Below, piece by piece: positions 42,091-52,539 of a DNA stretch of 64,000 nt. The notes beneath the pieces were generated by a model that saw only the letters and a list, made by a program, of their open reading frames with translations, was not told the origin of the DNA and searched no databases. Numbering within the stretch: position 1 is the stretch's first letter; every line of letters begins with the position of its first letter. Origin of the DNA: Eledone cirrhosa (taxonomy: Eukaryota); contig OZ024742.1 of the NCBI GenBank assembly GCA_964016885.1, positions 371,070,001-371,134,000 of the forward strand. The letters are read 5' to 3'. The translations under genes and the position numbers were made by a program.

Positions 42091-42420
42091 CTATATATAT
42101 AAACAGGACACAGGGATACATTAACACAGTATTATTAGTTTCATGTGCTGAAAAAGGAAAATGAATGTTTCAACATACCAGATGTTAGTCTTTCTTTGGG
42201 AACCAGCAAAATTCAGTAGGAAGGATGGATGGGTGTGGTGGGGTGTGTATGTATACCATCGTCATCATTTAACGTCTACTTTCCACACTAGCATGAGTTA
42301 GACACACACACACGTATACACGCTCCCCTTCCATACACATGCACACACGTGTGTGTGCATGTGTGTATATCAAAACTGATACACTGTTCACTTTCCTGAC
42401 ATTTGTACATTATTCTATGT

Positions 42421-44166
42421 AGCTAGGTACTTCTCCTGTAGTTGTCGTACAAGGAAAAGAGCGCCTGTGGTACTTTTACCTGGCAGTTTGGGTTTGTGTC
42501 AGGTAAAAATACCACAAACACTCTTTTCCTTGTACGAGAAGTACCTAGCTAAAAGTAAACCCCTATACTTAGCTTTTGTTGACTTGGAGAAAGCCTTTGA
42601 CAGGGTCCCCCGCTCCATTATCTGGTGGGCTCTTAGTAAGCAAGGTGTTGATGAATGGCTTGTGAGAGCTATAGAAGTCATGTATAAAGAAACAGTCAGC
42701 AAGGTTAGAATTAACAACGAATAGAGTGAAGAATTTAGCGTAAAAGTCGGTGTTCATCAGGGCTCTGTCCTTAGCCTCCTCCTATTTATTATTGCCCTTT
42801 AGGCTATAACAGAGGAGTTCAAGACCATGGGAACTTCTATACGCAGATGATCTAACGCTCATAGCTGAATCAATGGCTGAACTAGAGAAGAAATTCCAAA
42901 CATGGAAGCATGGCCTAGAATCAAGAGGCCTTAAAATTAACTTGTCTAAGATTAAAGTTCTAGTATGTAGAAAGGAAAATAGGGCACTGGTCCCATCTGG
43001 GAAATGGCCATGCTCAGTGTGTAGGAAAGGAGTAGGCAGAAACTCCATTTTATGTCCCAAATGCAAAGTATGGGTGCATAAAAGATGTAGTGGGATCACA
43101 GGTAAACTAACTAAGAACATAGATTTTATATGTGGCTGGTGCTCAGGTGCAATAAGTAGTAGCAAGTGCCCACAGGATACTAGCTCCTTCCATTGCCCAG
43201 ATGGTTCTATAGAAATAGTGGACACCTTCCGTTACTTGGCTGACAAAATCAGCAGTGGTGGAGGGTGCTCTGAAAGTACAGTAGCTAGAGTCAGAACTGG
43301 ATGGAAAAAGTTCAGAGAGCTTATACCACTATTAGCCGCTAAAGGGTTCTCTCTAAAAATGAAAGGCAGACTGTATGATGCCTGCATACAAACAGCGATG
43401 TTACATGGCAGTGAGACATGGGCATTGTGTGCAGAGGATCTACGCAGACTGGAGAAGAATGAAGCTTGCATGCTCCGCTGGATGTGTAATAGTAATATAC
43501 GTGAACGGCAAAACATAAATTAACTAAGTGAGAAATTAGGAATAAGAGGGATCAGATGCTGTTTACTCGAGAGAAGACTACGTTGGTATGGTCACGTGAT
43601 GCGCATGAAAGACGACAGCTGTATAAAAAAAGTGCAGGGCGATCAAAATTGATGGAAGCTACGGAGTAGGCAGACTCAGAAAAACCTGGGACGATTTGAT
43701 AAATTTCGACCTTACACACTTACACCTCTCCAAGACAGTGTCGCTGGACCGAGATCTTAGGCGCTACGCAGTAATACAGAAGACCCGTCTTGCCTAAGTA
43801 CAAAGCGAAACCTACAGTCAGTAGGCACCTCCTAACCAAAAATACACCCACATCCCACTACCCCCATTTCTCTGTAAAGTTATGTTGGTGCCACAACATC
43901 CAGTCCTAAACAAATGAGGTCGTGTAGGTGTCACGACAAAAAAAACACAGTCCACGCTGTAATGTGGACATGTAGGTAACACAGTAAAAATCTCCCAGTC
44001 CACACTGTAAACCTGGTTGGTGTTAGGAAGGGCACCCAGCTGTAGAAAACCCGCCAGACAGTCCTGTACGAGCAAGACAACCAATCTTGACTCACGTGGA
44101 ACAATTCCTGTCTAAACCCATGCTAGCGTGGAAGATAGATGTTAAACGATGATGACGATGATGATG
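42421..44166 (+). mobile_element. RTE LINE copy B (same family as A), decayed, with a 5' fold-back, inserted into a CR1 3' UTR
   Basis: Close match to copy A in the opposite orientation, with stops and frameshifts and a (GAT)n tail at ~44148-44166. The flanks join to give the CR1 UTR seen intact at 26620-26680. Confidence 0.93.
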
Positions 44167-44785
44167 TACTATACATGCACCTTTGGTGAGTTGTAGTGCA
44201 CCTGAGCACTGTACACAATAATTTCCATTATTATATGATATTAGAAAGAGTTTGGGCCCGACGTTTCAGCTAGCTGTGGAAACGGCTAGAGCTCAGCCAC
44301 CGGGACCTGGTTCTTCCTAATATACCATCCTACCTCTGTTGAATAATGGTTTAACAAGTTTAATACGGGTTTAATCCTCATACATACAAATAAATATATA
44401 TATATATGTGTGTGTTAGGTAATTCCGAAGGAAAAGCAAAGGGAAAAAGAGTGCTCTATGTCTAGAACAGAGCTATTTAATTAGAAAGTGAAGGAAAAAA
44501 AATTCGTTTTCAAATATAAAAACTGGAAAGGTGAAGGTGAAAAAGTTATATCAGCTCAAAATACAGTAATTTCTTATCATAAACTGTACACATGTCTACA
44601 TATAATTAAAACAACATTTATATGAACTCCTATTGTGTTAGATTAATTACACATGGAGCTAATTATTTATTAAAATATGTTACTGAACACTTATTCTCAT
44701 CATAATTTGATTTACACACACACACATATAATGTTTAATATGTAATATATAACATTTATAATTCTTTACAGAATGAAAATATATA

Positions 44786-44928
44786 CAGGTAAAATTCCGT
44801 TATAACGAATACCATTATAACGAATTTTTCAGTATAACGAAATTTCTTTTTTAGTCCCCCAGTCACACGCTTGATGTGTTAGGTCGATCTCGTTATAACA
44901 AATTTTTTGTTATAACGGAATTTCACTG
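44786..44928. mobile_element. pogo/Tigger-like MITE
   Basis: TA-CAGGTAAAATTCCGTTATAAC ... GTTATAACGGAATTTCACTG-TA: TIRs with a TA TSD. Confidence 0.85.
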
Positions 44929-45328
44929 TATACATATATATTATGTGTTATATAATGCAGGTTTTAAATGATTCAAGAGAAATTTATTAGCTGTTTCTAG
45001 CATGCTGAACAACCACATAGAGACCGTGTAGTTAATTAAAGAAGCCATATGTAAAGGTTTTATCAACAATTACTCAAAAAACCTATAAGACTTCATGTAG
45101 GAGAAGAGCGAGATTTAGATAGATAGACATATACAAGAAGAGAGAGAGAGATAGAAAGAGAGAGAGTCTTGGCATGTAAGATCAACAACGTTAGCAATCT
45201 GGATATTTTCACGTGAATATTTGCATGTGTTCCACTGATGATGTGTGTGTGTGTCTGTATGTGTGTGAGAGAACGGAAGTGGGTGCTTGTGTGAGCGGGA
45301 GTAAAGGTGTGTGTGTGTAAGAAAGAGA

Positions 45329-45391
<63 letters not shown>

Positions 45392-46112
45392 TGTGCGCGT
45401 GTGTTAAAAGTTATTTTAAGTCACAGTTAAGCGATTTCTTAGAAATAAAACACTAAATAGAGAATTTTAAATATCTGTCCACTGCCGTTTGAATTTAATT
45501 AAGAACAGAAAGAGAAAAACTTAAACTTTCGGATCAAAGTTTTCTAAAGAAAATACATACACACGCATATACATACATTGTTATGCTTTCTGTTTTTGAA
45601 AGCAAAAAAGAAAACAGCTACACTCTGGTATATCATCACTACCATCACCTTTAAAACGAAAACACTTGTTAGACGTAGATTATTCGAAAAGTACCTTGGA
45701 GATAAGCAACCTAACTACGCAATTTTGATTTGAAGAACTCTATAAAATTATGTCATGCCACCCATTGACCAATAACTTCTGAAGTTGTAGGGGAACATTT
45801 GTGACTTACCGTGTAACTTGGTGGCACCCATCCCTTTCTACGTCTGAGATTTTTGTCACCGAGTTAGAAAGACAGACCGAAAGAATTGATCCCCAGAACT
45901 GGACTGGTGCTTTGTTTATTGACATCGAAAGGATAAAATGAGAATTTGACCTCGGCAGGATTTGAACTCATAGAACAAGAGAGCCGGAATTAAAACAGTC
46001 CACACATCGTTCTATCCGACGTTTTAACGACAGCTAATTCGCCACCTACAACTTGTAAAAAATAAAAATCAGGAAGAAAAGTACTCGAACATTCGTTCCC
46101 ATCCTGAAAACT

Positions 46113-46994
46113 ATGGCGATTTTCAAAGAACTGTTTCTGTCAACGAGACCATGGTCCTTTTCGGCCTCAGCTATTCCGAGTATCATTGGGATAATCCTGG
46201 CGACAAAAGATCACAACTCCAGTCCGACTTTGTCTCTTATTAGCAATACATTACTCACGGTAATTTTTATACATGCTGCCGGTAATTTGAACAATACTTT
46301 CTGTGATTTCATAAACGGAGTTGATAAGAAAGATTCCACACACGACCGAACCCTCACTGAAGCCAAACTAACCAAAGACCAGCTCCTATTGTTGTTAATC
46401 ACTTGTTATATTGATTCTCTTTTCTCATTCTCCTTCATCGTGGTTTATTCCTCGGCTTCTTATATCACCTTGATTATTCTGTATAGCCTGGGAATTGCTA
46501 GCAGTTTCATCTACACCGGTTGGATAGCCCTCAAATACAGAGCACTTGGCGATTTGTTGGTCTTATTAACGTTTGGACCTTTAGTAGCGGAGTTTTCTTA
46601 TCTCAGCTGTAGTGGAGTGTTGTCCGGAAGGACAGTAGTTCTAGTCCTTCCAATGGCAACTAATGCCGTTGCTATACTCAACGCCAACAACATGAGAGAT
46701 ATAACAGCAGATAGAAAATCAGGAATTCTCACTTTGCCCATGATACTTGGAACACACATTTCCCGTTGGATGATGATAGTGTTGCTTTTTTCGTCTTACA
46801 TAAATTTTCTCCTCATAATTGGAGTCACACATAACCTGCTCTTTGCTTTGCCGACGTTCACTGCACCTGTTGCGGCCCAGCTTTACAAACGTGTACATAG
46901 ACTTGACATGGTCGGACTTCCCGAGACATTGGCCAAACTAAATTTAGTGCAAGGTTTGCTCTACTGCTTCGCTCTTCTTCTTTCAAACATTTAA
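46113..46994 (+). CDS. UBIAD1/MenA-family prenyltransferase, divergent paralog, single coding exon, 293 aa
   Basis: RPWSFSAS, HAAGNLNNTFCDFINGVD..HDRTL, YTG..LKYRALGD, NNMRDITAD..GILTL motifs and many transmembrane segments. Confidence 0.93.
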   Translation: MAIFKELFLSTRPWSFSASAIPSIIGIILATKDHNSSPTLSLISNTLLTVIFIHAAGNLNNTFCDFINGVDKKDSTHDRTLTEAKLTKDQLLLLLITCYIDSLFSFSFIVVYSSASYITLIILYSLGIASSFIYTGWIALKYRALGDLLVLLTFGPLVAEFSYLSCSGVLSGRTVVLVLPMATNAVAILNANNMRDITADRKSGILTLPMILGTHISRWMMIVLLFSSYINFLLIIGVTHNLLFALPTFTAPVAAQLYKRVHRLDMVGLPETLAKLNLVQGLLYCFALLLSNI

Positions 46995-47233
46995 CCCTTT
47001 CGTTAACATATTGATAATGGCATGCATTGTATTTCATTTAACCACCGAAGAACTTGTCGGGATTTGCTAAATTTATTTCATTATCAAGACGGTGTTAGTA
47101 ACTTAAAAGTTAGAAGTAACTTATATAAAATTATGTTTGGAGGCTTTAATTTAATTAGGAACCCTTTAAAACAAGTGGTTTTGTTTTATAGAAGCTGAAG
47201 CGATTTTGGACTGGTTCGTCTCAAAAGGATTAA
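46991..47233. mobile_element. TTAA-type (piggyBac-like) MITE inserted at the stop codon of the upstream gene
   Basis: TTAA-CCCTTTCGTT...CAAAAGGA-TTAA. The left TTAA contains the TAA stop (46992-46994). Confidence 0.75.
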
Positions 47234-47905
47234 ATAGTATTTAGCTTATTCAAACCGAAATCATGCCATAAGAAACTACTGTTACGTCAACCGTAATTTT
47301 CAATAAATAGATTAAAATAAAGAAAAAACCCCAATTACACAATGGACGAATCGTCTTATTTAACAAACATTAAATCATAGAAAAAAATACAACTAAAACT
47401 GTCACAAAGGATAAAACCCGATATTTTCCTAGTATTCGATGTTCACTGTACGTTGATGACAAAACCAATACTTCACAGTCAGACCCTTCCCCCATCATCG
47501 AAAAAATAGACCTTAATTCCAAATTAATTCGACAACATGTCCAAGTATTTAGAGCAACTTTGACACAAAAACTTACTGAATAAGTTATTTTAACCCGTTT
47601 TCTATATTTCCGATAAGAAACAAACATATACAGCACATATCAATATTTTACCTTCCTTCGTCGCCATATTTCTAATGAAAGACACTGCTTATGATTTTCA
47701 ATAAATTTTTGAAAATAATCAAAACTTTGGAAGGATTTTATAATATAAGTTTCTCTTTATCAAGCTTCAAAATCAACATTAAGGAACATATATCTAGCAA
47801 AAACACTTGCGAATAATGATAGTGAAAATTTCAACCTTAAAAAAAATCATCTCTAAGGTTGTATTGAACAAACACTACTGCTACCACCATTACAGCAAAT
47901 ATATA

Positions 47906-48706
47906 TAGTGCCCCCGACATTCAAGGTCCCGGTTATTCGCGGAATTTTCCTTAGAACCTAACTAATAATTGTTCGTGGAAACCACAGCATATTCGTGGAA
48001 TCGTAAATATCTTCCGCGATTTTTTAATGGCTTTTTTCGTGGCAATATTTTTCACATTTTTTAACGCTAAATTATTAATAACAATATACCGTATTTACCA
48101 GCCTATCTTTTACGTGATTGTGGATAATAATTGTAGAATCCTATAGGATTGGCAACAGTAGGGTAACTATATAAAAGTAGGTGACTACACAATATATAGG
48201 ACTATTCAACAGAATTTGTAATATAATTGGCTTGTCCCCCCCACAGCATCGGCGGACAGAATGGAGGACGGCGAGGGAGACGCGCTGGAAGAGCCATTCC
48301 AACTCGCGGGACTCACACCTGCGGCTGGCCAGCTCAGCGCCTATGGTGGTGGGTAGGGAGGTAGCCTTAGGGCCGAGGACACCAAAAGTCTCCACTGCCA
48401 AGGGTACAACCGCAAACCTGTCGGAGAGCGACCGATATTTAAAGAGTTTGGCCTCCTCAGCCCGACGTGCAGCAGAACCTGGGTTAGTCGCAGACTGTAC
48501 CGGGTTGCGGCTGCAGAAAGTGTCGGTGCAAGTGGCATCCCAGACGAGGGGTTTGCTACCGCGGAACGGGAAGATGGTCATGCCATCTTTTACGTTATGT
48601 TGTGACGTTTATAGGCATTTTTCTGGACCACGTCCAAAATTCGCTGTTTTTCACTCTTCATGGGTGCTCAAGGAACATAAACCCCGCGAATACCGGGAGA
48701 CAACTG
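47906..48706. mobile_element. pogo/Tigger-like MITE interrupted by a CRE LINE fragment
   Basis: Degenerate TIRs (left TAGTG..CCCGGTTATTCGCGG; right CCGCGAATACCGGGAGACAACTG-TA). Confidence 0.55.
48141..48590 (-). mobile_element. CRE-clade LINE 3' fragment (restriction-like endonuclease domain)
   Basis: DGMTIFPF..SKPLVWDATCTDT...AARRAEEAKLFKY...FAVVPLAVETFGVLG...LFQRVSLAV. Confidence 0.85.
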
Positions 48707-48743
<37 letters not shown>

Positions 48744-49951
48744 CAAGCCCCACTAGACAAAAGTCCAACCCTACCAAACAAAAACACGACAGTAAAAATA
48801 ATACAGAATTGGAATGTATAGTTTTTCGGAGCCCGGACTGCTGACCTCCTCCGTAAAATCGAATCAATAGCAGCCCGACAGAGGAAGGACCCCTGTTGCA
48901 GCGTGTGTCGCTGGTCCGCAGGGCACATCCGAAATACCACTCTGATCTAGGTGTAGAGTTAGTAAACCCCTCTCTTTCTTTGTCTAATAGTCCTTGCTCT
49001 TCCCCTCCTTTCCCCTCTCATTTATGACATTTATAATCCTTTCCAATACTGCTTTCTTTTTTCTTTACCAGGTAAATTACATTTAAATAATTGTTTCTAC
49101 TTTAGGCACAAAACTGGTACTTTATTTTATCGACCCCGTAAGGATGAAAGGCAAAGTCAACCTCGGCGGGATTTGAACTCAGATCGTAAAGGGACATAAC
49201 TATGCTGGAAAGCATGGCGTCCGAACCTCTACCGCCCTAAATTACATTTAAATAATGTTAACTATTAAACACTATAAATAGATTTGATTTATCTTATAAT
49301 GTTTTACTTTTTACTGTCTGATAGGAGTCGGGATTTTGTCTGGGAAGAAAGCAAAGCAAAAAGCAGAAAGAAAGACATGCACACTTCATTAAACACTATA
49401 ATAGGTAAAAGTGTTTTCCTCTAATAAACAGTTTTCAGGCAAACCAAAACACGCGAGATAGGTTAACCCCCTTTAACCTTTTGTTATCTAACAAGTTTCA
49501 AAGAGATTCTTCCACATTTGTCATCTCAAAGGACCGCGAGCATCCATTGTAAAATAAAATAATTATTAGATTCTCCAGTGAATCAATAGGAATCACAAAA
49601 TTTCGCCGGAGTTAAATTAGCAAATTTGGCGATATCCAATTTTAGCGGCCTAAATGCTGCTTACTTGAATGTATGAGGCTATTCCAACAAATTTACATTC
49701 CCCTTTTTTTAGCCGTTAAAAGAAATATAAATTTATTTATTGTTTTTTTTTTTGCGATTTATTTGCCACTGGGGCATAGATTTCTTTATTTGCCACGTTT
49801 TTGTTTGTTTGTTTTTTTGCGACCTTTCTGCCAGGGAGTACAGAGAGAGGGGGGTGCTCCCTTCTTCTCTTACCTGTACAAACCATTTGTTGGCCGGCGA
49901 CATATCCCCACAGTTTCCTCGTTCTTTCATACTTATCCTCTTCAACTACAC

Positions 49952-50090
49952 ATGGATATTTGTCTTACTGTGGAGAAGGAATTAGAAACAGTTTTATCAA
50001 AATTCACTGCTATTCGGGAACATACAAAGCGAACTTTGGGTGACATGCCAACTTCTGTTGATAATATAAGGAAGGTATTTATAAGTGAAG
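49952..50090 (+). pseudogene. RMND5: Captured first coding exon of an RMND5 (GID2/CTLH E3 ligase subunit)-like gene
   Basis: MDICLTVEKELETVLSKFTAIREHTKRTLGDMPTSVDNIRKVFISE(G) resembles the RMND5A/B N-terminus (recalled MDQCVTVERELEKVLHKF). It ends at a phase-1 GT donor (50091) followed by AT-rich intron-like DNA. Confidence 0.8.
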
Positions 50091-50144
50091 GTATTTATTA
50101 CATTTTGATTGCATTTTTATTACAACCACTAATACTTACTATTA

Positions 50145-50424
50145 TACCGAGGGGCCCTGCCCGTTCGGGAAAGGCTCTACAGACACGGATTCCGGGACGG
50201 AAACCCCTTGGAAAAGAAATGTCCCAGATGCGTTTGCAACGAGGAAACTGTGGGGATATGTCGCTGGCCAACAAATGGTCCTCTTCTTCCGATACCACTT
50301 CGAAAGAAGGATCAAGGTGGAGAAAAAGGCACTCAGTCCCAGCCAATTCCATGAAAGATGGGTGAAAGTAGCAATAATAGCCTGTGTAAGTGGGCCATCT
50401 CTCTATATCGGCTTGTACAGGTAA
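50145..50424 (+). mobile_element. Internally deleted L1/Tx1-like ORF2 C-terminal fragment inside the fold-back element
   Basis: YRGALPVRERLYRHG...CPRC..NEETV (zf-RVT start) is joined to LFFRYHFERRIKVEKKALSPSQFHERWVKVA...LYR* (stop 50422-50424). Confidence 0.75.
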
Positions 50425-51142
50425 GAGAAGAAGGGAGCACCCCCCCTCTCTCTCTCTGTGCTCCCTGGCAGAAAGGTCGCACACTTTCTACGGGGGTGTG
50501 TGTGACCCCAAAAGGCTAATAAATCGCAAAAAAAACAAACAAACAAAAAAGGGGCAAATAAAGAAATCTATGCCCCAGTGGCAAATAAATCGCAAAAAAA
50601 AAAACCAATAAATAAATCTATATTTCTTTTAACGGCTAAAAAAAGGGGAATGTAAATTCGTTGGAATAGCCTCATACATTCAAGTAAGCAGCATTTAGGC
50701 CGCTAAAATTGGATATCGCCGCAAATTTTAATAAGCGGGGGAGGGGGGCATTATTCAAGACCGAGGAGTAGCTGTGAGGAAAAAAAAACAAAAAAAACGG
50801 TGCTTCCGAATGAAGCCCTTCCCGGTATTTGCTTTGCGTCGAGTTACATACCTTTCCTTATCACTCTCGCCGTCAGCGAAAACCTATAAATAATTGTGAT
50901 ATAAAATAACATTCATCGTTGAAACCGACGAAAGCCTAGTCCATTCCAAATAATTAAACAGAGTTATGCCCCTTGTATCATGCCCATGAAAGTGAAATCC
51001 GTAAACGTATGCTAGTTAAGTTGGGATCCTTATTTCCCCGTGTTATTTTTGTTTTTTTAACATTATTGTCTCTAATCTCCCAGGTTTTTTCTAGTTCTAC
51101 TCCAGTAAACCTACAATCAAGACATTTTAGCTGTATTAATCA

Positions 51143-51323
51143 TGTTGTACTCACAGCAGTGGCACTATGGGTCGCCGAGTTACCTCTCAAATTACCACGG
51201 TTGGGATGGAGATGGATAGCCACAAAAACGAAACACGCCACGCGAGGTAAACTGGGTCTTTCGGCTACGCCGTATCTACACATGGTTGGACTCCTAGGTT
51301 TTCAGTCATTTGGGGCCGCCACA
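51143..51323 (-). mobile_element. Possible isolated LTR (TGT...ACA, 181 bp)
   Basis: Minus strand has purine-rich AGGTGGGAGG, then TGTGGCGG...GTACAACA. GC-rich island in AT-rich DNA; no partner LTR in the window. Confidence 0.35.
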
Positions 51324-51349
51324 CCTCCCACCTAATCTTTCACACACAC

Positions 51350-52135
51350 ACTATAGCAATAACAATGGTATTTGATTTAGGCACAAGGATTAAATCGACC
51401 CCGTAAGGATAAAAGGTAAAGATAACCTCGGCGGGATTTGAACTCAGAATGGCAAGGGCCGTAACTCTATGCGTCAAAGCATGGCGTCCGGCCCTCTACC
51501 GATACTGCCACTATAGCAATAATAATTGTTTCTACTTTTGGCACAAGGCCAGCAATTACCTAGTACATTACTGGTACTTTATTTTATCGACCCTGTAAGG
51601 ATGAAAGGCAAAGTTGACCTCGGCGGGGTTTGAACTCTGAATGGAAAGGGCCGTAACTCTATGCGTCAAAGCATGGTGTCCGACTCTCTACCGATACTGC
51701 CAATCCACCGCCACTATAGCAATAATAATGATATCTGATTTAGGCACAAGGCCAACAATTTGGAGGGAGGAGAAAGTTGATTAAATCGACCCCAGTGCGT
51801 TACTGGTACTATATTTTATCGACCCTGTAAGGATGAAAGGCAAAGTTGACCTCGACGGGGTTTGAACTCTGAATGGAAAGGGCCGTAACTCTATGCGTCA
51901 AAGCATGGTGTCCGACTCTCTACCGATACTGCCAATCCACCACCCTTATAGCAATAATAATCCACCGCCACTATAGCAATAATAATGATATCTGATTTAG
52001 GCACAAGGCCAACAATTTGGAGGGAGGAGAAAGTTGATTAAATCGACCCCAGTGCGTTACTGGTACTATATTTTATCGACCCTGTAAGGATGAAAGGCAA
52101 AGCTCACCTCGGTGGGATCTGAATTCAGAACGTAA
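51350..52135 (-). repeat. Tandem array of ~4 SINE copies (~240-bp unit duplications)
   Basis: GACCCTGTAAGGATGAAAGGCAAAG...TTTGAACTC...CACTATAGCAATAATAA recurs, with near-identical adjacent units. Confidence 0.9.
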
Positions 52136-52539
52136 ATTGATTTGACAGGTGTTAATAATACATTCATACCAAAAATGTTTTGGCCAGAGCCTAACAATTA
52201 TCAGTTATGCATAAATCCCATTTGTATAGATATATGCTTAGAATATATGATCCCTTCAAGACTTCAAGAGTATGTGTAAGCGTGTGAGAATACGAACCAT
52301 GACATTTATCTGTGTCTTTGTATTATTGTGTATATATATCTAAAAATAGTTTTTTTTAAAAGAATCCCTGTTATTTAAAATCCCTTCGCCAATGACCCCC
52401 CCCCCCCACACACACACACACACTAACAGAAAACAACAGTTTTACAAGGATTTCTTTTGAATGAAACAATTCTAGTCCTGTAGAAGTCATTTCTATATTG
52501 AACTTCATGTTTACACTCTACTAATGTATTGAATACCTT

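Larger units (their letters stand above)
49628..50720. mobile_element. Fold-back / Pack-type non-autonomous DNA transposon (long TIRs, 8-bp TSD GCAAATTT, GG...CC termini)
   Basis: GGCGATATCCAATTTTAGCGGCC... at 49628 and its reverse complement ending at 50720. Arms are ~195 bp and extend inward discontinuously. GCAAATTT occurs at 49620-49627 and 50721-50728. Confidence 0.9.

Noticed and set aside
44252-44312. Second hammerhead (minus strand ...CTGAAACGTCGGG)
   Set aside because: GAAAC-GTC is present but no CUGANGA core can be placed consistently with stem I.
47650-47667. Apparent minus-strand first exon ATG GCG ACG AAG GAA G|GTAAAA that would nest the UBIAD1 paralog in an intron
   Set aside because: The sequence is the degenerate end of the TTAA-MITE family (CCTTCGTCGCCATATTTCTAATGAAAGACAC matches the reverse complement of ~36069-36118 and the start at 61993). 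No downstream exons were found.
25160-48590. The two CRE fragments as halves of one split element
   Set aside because: They cover nearly adjacent protein regions, but they are 23 kb apart, in the wrong order on the minus strand and differently decayed.
49673-50365. 230-aa ORF as a genuine gene
   Set aside because: It is a chance read-through of TIR, the captured RMND5-like exon, intron and out-of-frame LINE sequence. Only 49952-50090 is gene-derived.
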